A DNA stretch of 25,821 nucleotides from Anaerohalosphaeraceae bacterium (GTDB taxonomy: Bacteria > Planctomycetota > Phycisphaerae > Sedimentisphaerales > Anaerohalosphaeraceae). Within the stretch, counting starts at the first letter, position 1, and each line of letters begins with the position of its first letter. The stretch lies in contig JBNRMN010000080.1 of the NCBI GenBank assembly GCA_050309605.1, positions 1-25,821 of the forward strand, in the 5' to 3' direction. The notes below the pieces were generated by a model, which saw nothing but the letters and a program-made list of their open reading frames with translations, searched no databases and was not told the DNA's origin. The translations under genes and the position numbers were made by a program. Positions 1 to 8,234 of this stretch are shown here, one piece after another.

Positions 1-1
1 T

Positions 2-1171
2 CGGACGATAGAACTCATCAATAATCCGCGAGGCCACAATGCCGATGACCCCGCTGTGCCAGTTCTCATCGGCCAGTACAATCGTTTTGCAATCGGGGTG
101 GTTCAGGCCGTGCTGAAGAATACGTGCCTTGGCCTGCTTGAAAATATCCCGCTGACATTTCTGCCGCAGACGGTTTTGTTCCTTGAGGTACTGGGCGATA
201 TACAGCGCCCGCACCTGGCTGTCGGTCGTCAGCAGCTCCACGGCCAGACGGGCGTGTCCCATCCGTCCGGCGGCGTTGAGCATCGGAGCCAGTTTGAAGG
301 CCACATCATAGCTGTTGACCGCGTCGCCGGCAAGCTGAGCGGTCTCGATCAGCGCCCGGATGCCCACCAGGCCGGATTGCTCCACCGCGCGAAGCCCGTA
401 TCCGGCCAGCACACGATTTTCGCCGCGCAGATCCACCACATCGGCAATCGTGCCGATACCCGCCAGCGTCGTGGCATTCAGCAGAAACTGCCGCAGGGCA
501 TCCGGAATTCGCCCGCCCCGCTTGTGCGCCTCGGCCACCCCCCAGGCCAGCTTGAAGGCCACCATCGCGCCGGACGAGGCCGGGTTGGCATAACCATCCA
601 GCAGCGGATGCACAATCGCCTCGGCCGGCGGCAATTCGGCACCAAGCTGGTGATGATCGGTTACAATCACGTCCATGCCCAGTTCGCCGGCCAGGCGGAC
701 CTGCCGCACCGCGGTCACGCCGCAGTCAACCGTGATCAGAAGCTGTGTGCCCGCCTCGGCCAGTTGCCGCACCGCCTCATCGTTCAGGCCGTACCCTTCA
801 TCGACCCGATGCGGAATGTAATAATCCACGTCCGCGCCCAGCATTTGCAGCAAATGCCACAAAATCGCCACCGACGTGATCCCGTCCACGTCATAATCGC
901 CGTAAATCGCGATTTTTTCCTTTTCGCTGACCGCCCGCATCATCCGATGCACCGCCGCGGTCAGGCCGGGCATCCGGGTCGGCTCGATCAAATCGGTCAG
1001 TTTGGGCGATAAAAAGCCGCGGGCATGGGCAATTTCACTCAACTTGCGGTTCAACAAAACTTGCGCAAAAAGCGGCGTGATATTGAGCTGTTCGCTCAAC
1101 CCGACCGCATCCGCGTGAGCGGCTCGAACCTGCCAAATCTTTTTCTGCATCCCTGCGACGGTTTTTTTCAT
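2..1171 (-). CDS. recJ: Single-stranded-DNA-specific exonuclease RecJ (5' part; continues beyond the left edge)
   Basis: Not in the ORF track because it runs off the window. Manual minus-strand translation from ATG 1171 gives MKKTVAGMQKKIWQVRAAHADAVGLSEQLNITPLFAQVLLNR...KIAIYGDYDVDGITS...TVDCG...IVTDHH, the DHH-family motifs of RecJ. Alternative start at ATG 1150. Confidence 0.95.
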   Translation of the reverse strand, partial: MKKTVAGMQKKIWQVRAAHADAVGLSEQLNITPLFAQVLLNRKLSEIAHARGFLSPKLTDLIEPTRMPGLTAAVHRMMRAVSEKEKIAIYGDYDVDGITSVAILWHLLQMLGADVDYYIPHRVDEGYGLNDEAVRQLAEAGTQLLITVDCGVTAVRQVRLAGELGMDVIVTDHHQLGAELPPAEAIVHPLLDGYANPASSGAMVAFKLAWGVAEAHKRGGRIPDALRQFLLNATTLAGIGTIADVVDLRGENRVLAGYGLRAVEQSGLVGIRALIETAQLAGDAVNSYDVAFKLAPMLNAAGRMGHARLAVELLTTDSQVRALYIAQYLKEQNRLRQKCQRDIFKQAKARILQHGLNHPDCKTIVLADENWHSGVIGIVASRIIDEFYRP

Positions 1172-1245
1172 AACTTCCAATATCTTTGCCAGTGAGCCGA
1201 TGAGGCAAAAATGACGTTTGTTCTGTCGATTATATTCGGAACAAT

Positions 1246-1274
1246 ATTATACTGTGAGGTTCTTGACTCGTCAA
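1246..1274 (-). promoter_or_regulatory. sigma70-type promoter for recJ
   Basis: Minus strand TTGACG (1274-1269), 17-nt spacer, TATAAT (1251-1246), about 75 nt upstream of the recJ start. Confidence 0.75.
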
Positions 1275-1331
1275 CATTGAGGGCCGAAATCGATGATTGG
1301 TCATAAAAACCGATTTATTATCGGAATTTTC

Positions 1332-1361
1332 TTGACACTCGCACATATTATGTTGTAGTTT
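1332..1361 (+). promoter_or_regulatory. Possible sigma70 promoter for the three-gene insert
   Basis: TTGACA (1332-1337), 18-nt spacer, TAGTTT; the -10 is weak. Strong RBS GAGGAGG at 1552-1558 before ATG 1567. Confidence 0.4.
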
Positions 1362-1566
1362 TTGAATTGTATTAAGTACAGAACAGGTCTTTTTTGGAGT
1401 ATCTGGATTCTATTTGGTTCATATTCCGCGGCATAGGGAAACTGAGAATTTCGCTAAATCCAACTGAATAACGGATTAATTTGTCTTTCTTTTCAGTGTA
1501 TCATTAAAGGGTCCTGCAAGAGGTCAACTTAAAAACAGGGAAAACTCATTTGAGGAGGATAATCCT

Positions 1567-4500
1567 ATGCATTTCAAAGGTCAATGCTTTGTTTTAACAG
1601 CAATTGGGTATTTACTTTTTTCCTGCTGGACATTAGCTGGTACAATAACGCTGTCAACAGATATTAACTTGCCCGCCCCGAACCCAGACCCCAACGAAGT
1701 AATTACGGTTTGGATACATAGCGATGCTCCTTTGTTCTTTATGAATATGTTAATACGCATAAATGGTGATGCAACTATTACTGCGGCGATGAACAAAACG
1801 GATTGTAACGATTTTGGTTGGGATAGTGAGGTTACACCTATATCTACAATCAATCCCGACAACTCAATACAATTCCTCGGTCTGAATTGGAGCAATAATT
1901 ACAATGAAACGATTGGTTATTTGAAGTTTCGTTGTAACAGTGGACAAGTTTCAGTGTACATTGATAATGAAAACAGCCTTGCTTTTAGCTGGAGTGAAGG
2001 CTTTACTTATTCTACAGAACCTATCGTGGTTGGTACATTAACATTGCCGCCCGTGAAAAAATCGAACGAACCAGCGCCAGTCTTTATGCATGGCCCCGCC
2101 GGTTTAAGCGATCCCCCGCGCGGTGAATTAAACTGTTTCGTTGAATGGCACCAACAAAAAGTGTTAGGGGTGCCTGATTCAGAATCGAATATTATAGAAA
2201 TCAATTCAGATATTACAACAAATCAGATATGGGATGCAAATGATGTGTACTATATCACAGCCGAAACGGTGAATGTTCAGGCTTTACTTGTTATTGAACC
2301 CGGTACAACAGTTGTTTTTGATTATGGGTGTGGATTGTTTGTCAACAATGGCGGTACCTTGATTTCCAAAGGTACACCCAATAAACCAATCATCTATACC
2401 CCTGATTTTATGTATTTCTCGTACCCTGATTATATCGGTTACTATTGGCAAATCTATCATTTGTATGGCCCTCACTATCACTGTCCGATTTATATTGAAG
2501 AAACCGCTTCGCCATTAACAACTGTACAGTATTGTATGGTAGAAGGTGCGGTCGGTGGTGTGATAACAAATAACATTCGTTTGAGTCAACCCATCGAAAA
2601 CAATTACCTATTCGGCAATGCGTGGGGAGTCTATGAGTTTGGACCTTTGCTGACCGATGTTCGCAACAACCTGTGTTTCTATCAGGACCAAGCGGCTATT
2701 GAAATCGAATTATGCCCTGACCCGAATGGTTTTGCTGACTTGGATCATGCCTTCAAAATTGAACACAATACGTGCGATGGTTCAGGTTATACATATTGTG
2801 GCATTACCGTTCATGGTGTTGCGGACCCGAATAGTTCTGGTATCCCGACAATTTATTTGACCAATAATATCGTAACCGGCAATTACAATTACGGTTTGAA
2901 TTTGGTTGATGGCGCGATGTACGCTTTGGTTGTCAGTACAGGATACTTTGACAATTATCACAACAAAAATTGGGAGTTCGACGAATACAATCCGGTTATC
3001 ACAAAAACCAACCCCTATTATCCTTACATCTTAGACAACCCTTGGCAACATCACTACCTTGTTGACGACACGGATTTCGTGGATGCTGGCTTGCAGTACA
3101 TCGAGCGGAGCAATTTGATAGGCACCAAAACGAATGCTGATAATCTCCCGGACAAAGGCATTGTGGATCTTGGCTTTCACCATTCAATGTGGGATTATGT
3201 CGGCGGCGAAGGAATTGCGGGCACTGACATTAATGACCTGATAGAAATTAGCGACTACTGGTTAACTTGGACACCGTATGATCCGAACAGTCCGAACTAT
3301 CAAGACCCTAATATCGTTGACCCGAACACAATCAGTTATGGCGGCGATTGGAACGGCGACGGCTTTGTGGACCTGGCCGACTTTGCGATACTGGCCGGTA
3401 TGTGGAAAGCGGCGCCCGAAGTACCCAACCTTGTTCCGGTGATTAACGGCGACCCCAACGACGGTTGGATTCAATTATCTGCTGGCGGTTACAATCTAGA
3501 TACGCGAAGCATCTTTGCCTTTGTCAATGGGAAGTATGTTGGTCAAGTCTATGGATTTGGAACCGATACCCCCGTCAGTGTTGATGTTTCAGAATCCGGC
3601 AACATCCCTCAAGAACTGAAATTCGTGGCGATTGACGGCGGAGGTTATTTTGCATACTCTGAAATATCAGCAATAAATTATACCTCGCCGTTAAGATATT
3701 GCATTTTATCCCAAAGTTACGAACCAAATGAACCTCTGTATTTTGCGGCATACAACATCAATGAAGACACATCCGTTAATGTATATGCAAACGGCGGGAG
3801 TTTAGTATGGTCGCAGACGTATAACGGAAACACGGTATCGGGTTCTATCCCTGCTTCAATTACCGGCCAGCAAGAAATTGATTATGTCAGTTTTGAATCA
3901 AGCGGCGCGGTATCTGTTTTGAAAACAACGGATATAGCTGAATCTGCCGTTTCGCCGCCCGACCCTAATGTTAAAGCCCTGATAATCCTACCCGATCGAA
4001 TAATAAGAATATATGACTTTAGAACCATCTCACAGATTCAAAATGCCTTCAAAGACAGAGGGATACAATATAAAAGGTTGACAGGGGAATCTGCTACTTA
4101 TCAAAATATTGCAAAGTATGCAAAAACTGGAAATGTCAAATATTTATATACTGCCGCGCATGGCTCTCACGTTGGAAGCGAAGATACCCTTGTTTTTAGA
4201 ACAGGCTTAGGATTGCACGATGGTTGGGTAGTTTCAGCTAAACATTCCGATTTTCCTCCGGGCCAAGCCCCCTTATGGTGTGAAAAGTTCCCTGATAACT
4301 TGGAGGAAACAACAAAAAGTTTTGCGTCAATGGGTTTTAATTCACTTGAATTTGCATATTTTGACGTCTGTTATTCAGGGCGTCTGAAAATTGGCGCTCA
4401 CGGATATTTGGTTGAAGGGTCACCAGGACAAATAGGCCTTTTTGATGGCCCTCACTCGGACATGAGTCTTGCACTGGGTATGGGCGATACCAGTAAAAGC

Positions 4501-4740
4501 CGTATTTATCAAGGCTGGTACGATGAGGTTGAATCTCGATTACAGGTGTGGCCATTTGAGACTGCATATCAAAAATTTTCTCGTCATGAGTGGGAATCAC
4601 TTAGCAGTGGAAATAATCTGATTCAAGCAATTACCTTTGCGATTAATAAACAAACGAATTTTGGCCCCGATGCTCCGGTAAATAATTACAGATTGAAAGG
4701 TCAAGGGTCATTAACTGATATTAGGTTACGTTCAAATTAG
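1567..4740 (+). CDS. Large secreted multidomain protein: signal peptide, beta-sandwich, right-handed beta-helix region, dockerin-like repeat, C-terminal caspase/CHAT-like (clan CD) His-Cys domain
   Basis: 1057-aa ORF with RBS and hydrophobic N-terminus. Beta-helix lead-in 'DITTNQIW...LLVIEPGTTVVF...GGTL...GTPNKPIIYT'. Dockerin-type 'GDWNGDGFVDLADFAILAGMW'. C-terminal 'YLYTAAHG' (H865) and 'FAYFDVCYSG' (C935). The CDS is secure; the domain calls are by eye. Confidence 0.8.
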   Translation: MHFKGQCFVLTAIGYLLFSCWTLAGTITLSTDINLPAPNPDPNEVITVWIHSDAPLFFMNMLIRINGDATITAAMNKTDCNDFGWDSEVTPISTINPDNSIQFLGLNWSNNYNETIGYLKFRCNSGQVSVYIDNENSLAFSWSEGFTYSTEPIVVGTLTLPPVKKSNEPAPVFMHGPAGLSDPPRGELNCFVEWHQQKVLGVPDSESNIIEINSDITTNQIWDANDVYYITAETVNVQALLVIEPGTTVVFDYGCGLFVNNGGTLISKGTPNKPIIYTPDFMYFSYPDYIGYYWQIYHLYGPHYHCPIYIEETASPLTTVQYCMVEGAVGGVITNNIRLSQPIENNYLFGNAWGVYEFGPLLTDVRNNLCFYQDQAAIEIELCPDPNGFADLDHAFKIEHNTCDGSGYTYCGITVHGVADPNSSGIPTIYLTNNIVTGNYNYGLNLVDGAMYALVVSTGYFDNYHNKNWEFDEYNPVITKTNPYYPYILDNPWQHHYLVDDTDFVDAGLQYIERSNLIGTKTNADNLPDKGIVDLGFHHSMWDYVGGEGIAGTDINDLIEISDYWLTWTPYDPNSPNYQDPNIVDPNTISYGGDWNGDGFVDLADFAILAGMWKAAPEVPNLVPVINGDPNDGWIQLSAGGYNLDTRSIFAFVNGKYVGQVYGFGTDTPVSVDVSESGNIPQELKFVAIDGGGYFAYSEISAINYTSPLRYCILSQSYEPNEPLYFAAYNINEDTSVNVYANGGSLVWSQTYNGNTVSGSIPASITGQQEIDYVSFESSGAVSVLKTTDIAESAVSPPDPNVKALIILPDRIIRIYDFRTISQIQNAFKDRGIQYKRLTGESATYQNIAKYAKTGNVKYLYTAAHGSHVGSEDTLVFRTGLGLHDGWVVSAKHSDFPPGQAPLWCEKFPDNLEETTKSFASMGFNSLEFAYFDVCYSGRLKIGAHGYLVEGSPGQIGLFDGPHSDMSLALGMGDTSKSRIYQGWYDEVESRLQVWPFETAYQKFSRHEWESLSSGNNLIQAITFAINKQTNFGPDAPVNNYRLKGQGSLTDIRLRSN

Positions 4741-4752
4741 GAAAGGGTCAAT

Positions 4753-5247
4753 ATGCGTACAAATTCATCGCAATGGTTTTTGGGGATGTCTGCCGTTACA
4801 ATGATATGTCTGATTGGTTTGATATTGAATCCTTCCATGGTCTATGCAGGTGTCTTTTCAGTGATTAGCACTCTTACCGTGGCTAACTCAATTACGTTTC
4901 TCATCGCTTTCAGTATTTTGCGAAAGCTTAGAACGCTTGCTTTTTGGAGGTTTGCGGTTTATCTGATTCCGATTGTCGCCGCCGGCATGACCCTTTCCGG
5001 ACTTACGACAAAACTGTCGCGCAACCTGCGCTTTGCACGAGACGGTTTCTACGTTTTGCGGCCCGACGTCCGACCGGATCCGCAGTTGTTTTTACTTATT
5101 TGTGGGTTTGTATTGCTTGCGTCCTTGAATTTTGTGCTTTGGAGAGTATTGTATAATGCAACACTTCGACAGGCGTTATTGCTGGGCTTTCTGGTGGGCT
5201 TCTTTAACACAATCACTTATTTGGCGGTAACACCTGTTTTAAAATAA
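4753..5247 (+). CDS. Hypothetical integral membrane protein (about 4-5 TM helices)
   Basis: 164 aa with several long hydrophobic stretches; starts 12 nt after the upstream stop, with GAAAGGG as a possible RBS. Confidence 0.75.
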   Translation: MRTNSSQWFLGMSAVTMICLIGLILNPSMVYAGVFSVISTLTVANSITFLIAFSILRKLRTLAFWRFAVYLIPIVAAGMTLSGLTTKLSRNLRFARDGFYVLRPDVRPDPQLFLLICGFVLLASLNFVLWRVLYNATLRQALLLGFLVGFFNTITYLAVTPVLK

Positions 5248-5259
5248 ACCAAAGGAGCT

Positions 5260-5772
5260 ATGATGGAAAAAAACAGTGTCATCGCCGTTCTGTTCATTGT
5301 CATTACGACACAGTCGATACTGCTGTATCGCACCGCACAGTTGCCCAAACAAACCACAGTTACACCCGAAGTGATTACGGACGAAGCCGCTTCTGCATTG
5401 GCGATTGCCGCTGAAACGCAAGATCAAATTTGTTGTAATATTCCTGTACAAATGGCATGGCTCAGGAAACATTTAGAAAAAATAATTATCGCGTTAGAAA
5501 AGAAATATCATCTTGAACCTTTGCCAACTCGCCCCCCTGTATATCAGGAGGACATACGACCGTTTGTTACTCCTTATGAACCGCCCGATTGCCATTCATT
5601 GGGGTTAGATACTGATGTTTTAAAAACCAGTGTTGGCCTTCACGAATTAGCGGCCAAAATGGATTTGCGCTCTACCAGTATCGAATTGATAAACAACTCG
5701 ATGGAATACCGGATTGACAACTATTACCAGCGGCTTAAACGGCTGGAACCGATGCTTGAACAGGAAAATTAA
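5260..5772 (+). CDS. Hypothetical protein with N-terminal TM anchor or signal and helical, coiled-coil-like remainder
   Basis: 170 aa; RBS AAGGAG; 12 nt after the previous stop; hydrophobic 'SVIAVLFIVITTQSILLY'. Confidence 0.75.
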   Translation: MMEKNSVIAVLFIVITTQSILLYRTAQLPKQTTVTPEVITDEAASALAIAAETQDQICCNIPVQMAWLRKHLEKIIIALEKKYHLEPLPTRPPVYQEDIRPFVTPYEPPDCHSLGLDTDVLKTSVGLHELAAKMDLRSTSIELINNSMEYRIDNYYQRLKRLEPMLEQEN

Positions 5773-5790
5773 AAAAGCGAGTTGCTTTTT
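5771..5790. terminator. Weak possible bidirectional terminator
   Basis: AAAAAAGC-GAGTT-GCTTTTT between convergent genes; only two G-C pairs in the stem. Confidence 0.3.
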
Positions 5791-5940
5791 GTAAGTATCC
5801 GCAAAAACCCGATAGGGATAAAAGTCGCATAGTCGGGAGCGTGCCCCCGGCAGGCAGGTTTGCTCTGTTGTCCAACCCCGACAGGACGTACACAGTACAT
5901 CCATCCTATCCGTTTCCGCAAAGCACCAAATTTTCCGGCA

Positions 5941-8034
5941 TTATCCCACATCGACCAGGCCGAGTGTATCGCCGAAGCGGCGGATCAACTCGCTGCGCAG
6001 CGCGGCGGCGTCGGGTCGGGTCAGCGTCGGATCGGCGGCAATCAGCGCAAAGGCGTCGCGTCGGGCCAGATTCAGCAGATCGAAATCATCGATGATGTTG
6101 GCCAGTTTCAAATCGGGCAGGCCGTGCTGGCGTGTGCTGAACAACTCGCCCGGCCCGCGCAGACGCAGGTCGTGCTCGGCAATTTCAAAGCCGTCGCGGC
6201 TGCGCGTCATCATCTCCAGACGGCTGACGGCTTCGGGGTCTTCGGTCTCGGCGAACAAAAAACAGTACGATTTGTTCTGGCCGCGTCCGATACGCCCGCG
6301 AAGCTGATGCAGTTGCGCCAAACCGAAACGATTGGCGTTTTCAATGACCATCATCGTCGCGTTGGGCACATCCACGCCGACTTCAATCACCACCGTCGAG
6401 ACCAGGACGTTCAGTTCACCGCTGCGGAAGGCCTCCATCGTGCGGCGTTTTTCCTCGGCGGTCATCTGGCCGTGCAGCAGTCCCACACGAAACTCGACAA
6501 AGACCCGCTCTTTCAGTCGGCGGTATTCATCGACCGCGGCCTTGAGGTCGCTGTCGTCATTTTCCGTATCGGCGTCGATTCGCGGATAGACGAAATACGC
6601 CTGACGTCCGGCCCGCAGACGCTGACGAATAAACTCCATCGCCGCGTCGCGATGGTGCGGCTGGACCCAGCGTGTAATAACCTGGCCGCGTCCGGGCGGA
6701 CAATGGCGGATGGTCGAGACATCCAGATCGCCGAAAACCGTCATCGCCAGGGTACGCGGAATCGGCGTGGCGGTCATCACCAGGCAATGCGGGTTGCTTC
6801 CCTTTCGCAGCGTGGCCCGCTGATGCACGCCGAACTTGTGCTGCTCATCGATAATCACCAGCCCGAGAGCGGCAAACTGAATGTCGCTTTGCAGCAGCGC
6901 GACCGTGCCGACGACGATATCGACGTGTCCATCGGCGACGCGGCTGAGCAGTTCCTGCCGTTTGCCGCCGGTGATGCCGCCGGTGATCAATTCGCGCCGC
7001 ACGCGGCTGCCCTTAAGAAAACGCTCGATGCTGTCGTAGTGCTGCCGCGCCAGGATCTCGGTCGGCGCCATAATGACTGTTTGCAGCTTATTGGCCACCG
7101 CCGCCAGCACCGCATACAGCGCAACGACCGTTTTGCCGGAGCCGACATCGCCCTGCAGGAGCCGATTCATCGGAATACGCTTGGCCAGATCGCCGCAGAT
7201 CTCGGCAATCACCTGATTCTGATCGTCGGTCAGCAAAAACGGGAACCGCTTTCGAATGCGTCGGTCGATGTGCTCATCAATCTTGATTTCCGGGGCCGGG
7301 GCGGTGTGACGCAAATGATACCGTTTCAGCGCCAGACCCGTCTGCATCAAAAACAATTCGTCATACTTGAGTCGCCGCTTGGCGCGGGCAAGCTGCTTTT
7401 CATCGGCGGGGTTGTGAATGGCGGCGTACGCCTCGGCGCGGCCGATGAGCTGGTTTTTCTTAAGAAACGCCGGGGTGAACAACTCAGGCATCAGCGGCGC
7501 AAGCCGGGCAAGGTTGGCCCGAATGATCTTTTTGATGCGCCAGGCGGGCAGTTTGCCGCTGGCCGGATACACCGGCCCGCTGAACGGTTCGGCGGCATCG
7601 GCGCGCGGGCCTTCCAGTATCATAAATCGGGGATTGGTCAATTGAAGCATATGCTTATAGCGACTGACGGTCCCGTGCACCAGCAGGTGCTGGCCCGGCT
7701 CAAGCTGATTGACCAGATACCCGCCGTGAAACCACATCACCCGACAATACCCCGTCCCGTCGGCCAGCATAACCTCAAAGACCGGCTTTCGCCGATGAGG
7801 ATGATAGTCGGTCGATTCGATCAGCCCCATCAGCGAGACTTTTTTGCCCGCTTCCATCCGGGCGATGGGAATGGGTTCGGGCATAAACACCCAGTCGCGC
7901 GGCAAATACTCCACTAAGTCCCCGGCGGTGCGCACCTGCATCTCGGCCAGCGCCTCGGCGCGCGCCGGCCCGACGCCTTTGAGATACTGCACCGGCGTAT
8001 CGAGGGTCATCGGTGATATGGCGGTCTGTTCCAT
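5941..8034 (-). CDS. recG: ATP-dependent DNA helicase RecG
   Basis: LKGVGP N-terminus, [12 protein letters not shown] (Walker A), [40 protein letters not shown]. Confidence 0.98.
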   Translation of the reverse strand: MEQTAISPMTLDTPVQYLKGVGPARAEALAEMQVRTAGDLVEYLPRDWVFMPEPIPIARMEAGKKVSLMGLIESTDYHPHRRKPVFEVMLADGTGYCRVMWFHGGYLVNQLEPGQHLLVHGTVSRYKHMLQLTNPRFMILEGPRADAAEPFSGPVYPASGKLPAWRIKKIIRANLARLAPLMPELFTPAFLKKNQLIGRAEAYAAIHNPADEKQLARAKRRLKYDELFLMQTGLALKRYHLRHTAPAPEIKIDEHIDRRIRKRFPFLLTDDQNQVIAEICGDLAKRIPMNRLLQGDVGSGKTVVALYAVLAAVANKLQTVIMAPTEILARQHYDSIERFLKGSRVRRELITGGITGGKRQELLSRVADGHVDIVVGTVALLQSDIQFAALGLVIIDEQHKFGVHQRATLRKGSNPHCLVMTATPIPRTLAMTVFGDLDVSTIRHCPPGRGQVITRWVQPHHRDAAMEFIRQRLRAGRQAYFVYPRIDADTENDDSDLKAAVDEYRRLKERVFVEFRVGLLHGQMTAEEKRRTMEAFRSGELNVLVSTVVIEVGVDVPNATMMVIENANRFGLAQLHQLRGRIGRGQNKSYCFLFAETEDPEAVSRLEMMTRSRDGFEIAEHDLRLRGPGELFSTRQHGLPDLKLANIIDDFDLLNLARRDAFALIAADPTLTRPDAAALRSELIRRFGDTLGLVDVG

Positions 8035-8042
8035 AGCCTCCG

Positions 8043-8070
8043 ATTATCGCCGCCGGCGGCGGCTTTGCAA
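8043..8070 (-). promoter_or_regulatory. Possible sigma70 promoter for recG (very short leader)
   Basis: Minus strand TTGCAA, 16-nt spacer, GATAAT, then CGGAGGCT-ATG. Confidence 0.45.
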
Positions 8071-8234
8071 CCCCAAAGTCACGTTTCCGTTTCGGTCGAT
8101 TTCAAAAAAAATGTCCTAATTCCTGGGCTTCTTTCAGGTTTTGGTTAAAATATCCGGCGGATACGGTGTTTACATAAAAGCGCTTAATTGGTTCTGCAAC
8201 GTATTGAACAAGAAACCTCTGTTATGGAGAAAAA

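Noticed and set aside
56..1012. 318-aa plus-strand ORF
   Set aside because: Antisense shadow of recJ; no recognisable motifs
5860..7917. 685-aa plus-strand ORF
   Set aside because: Antisense shadow of recG, typical of high-GC codon bias
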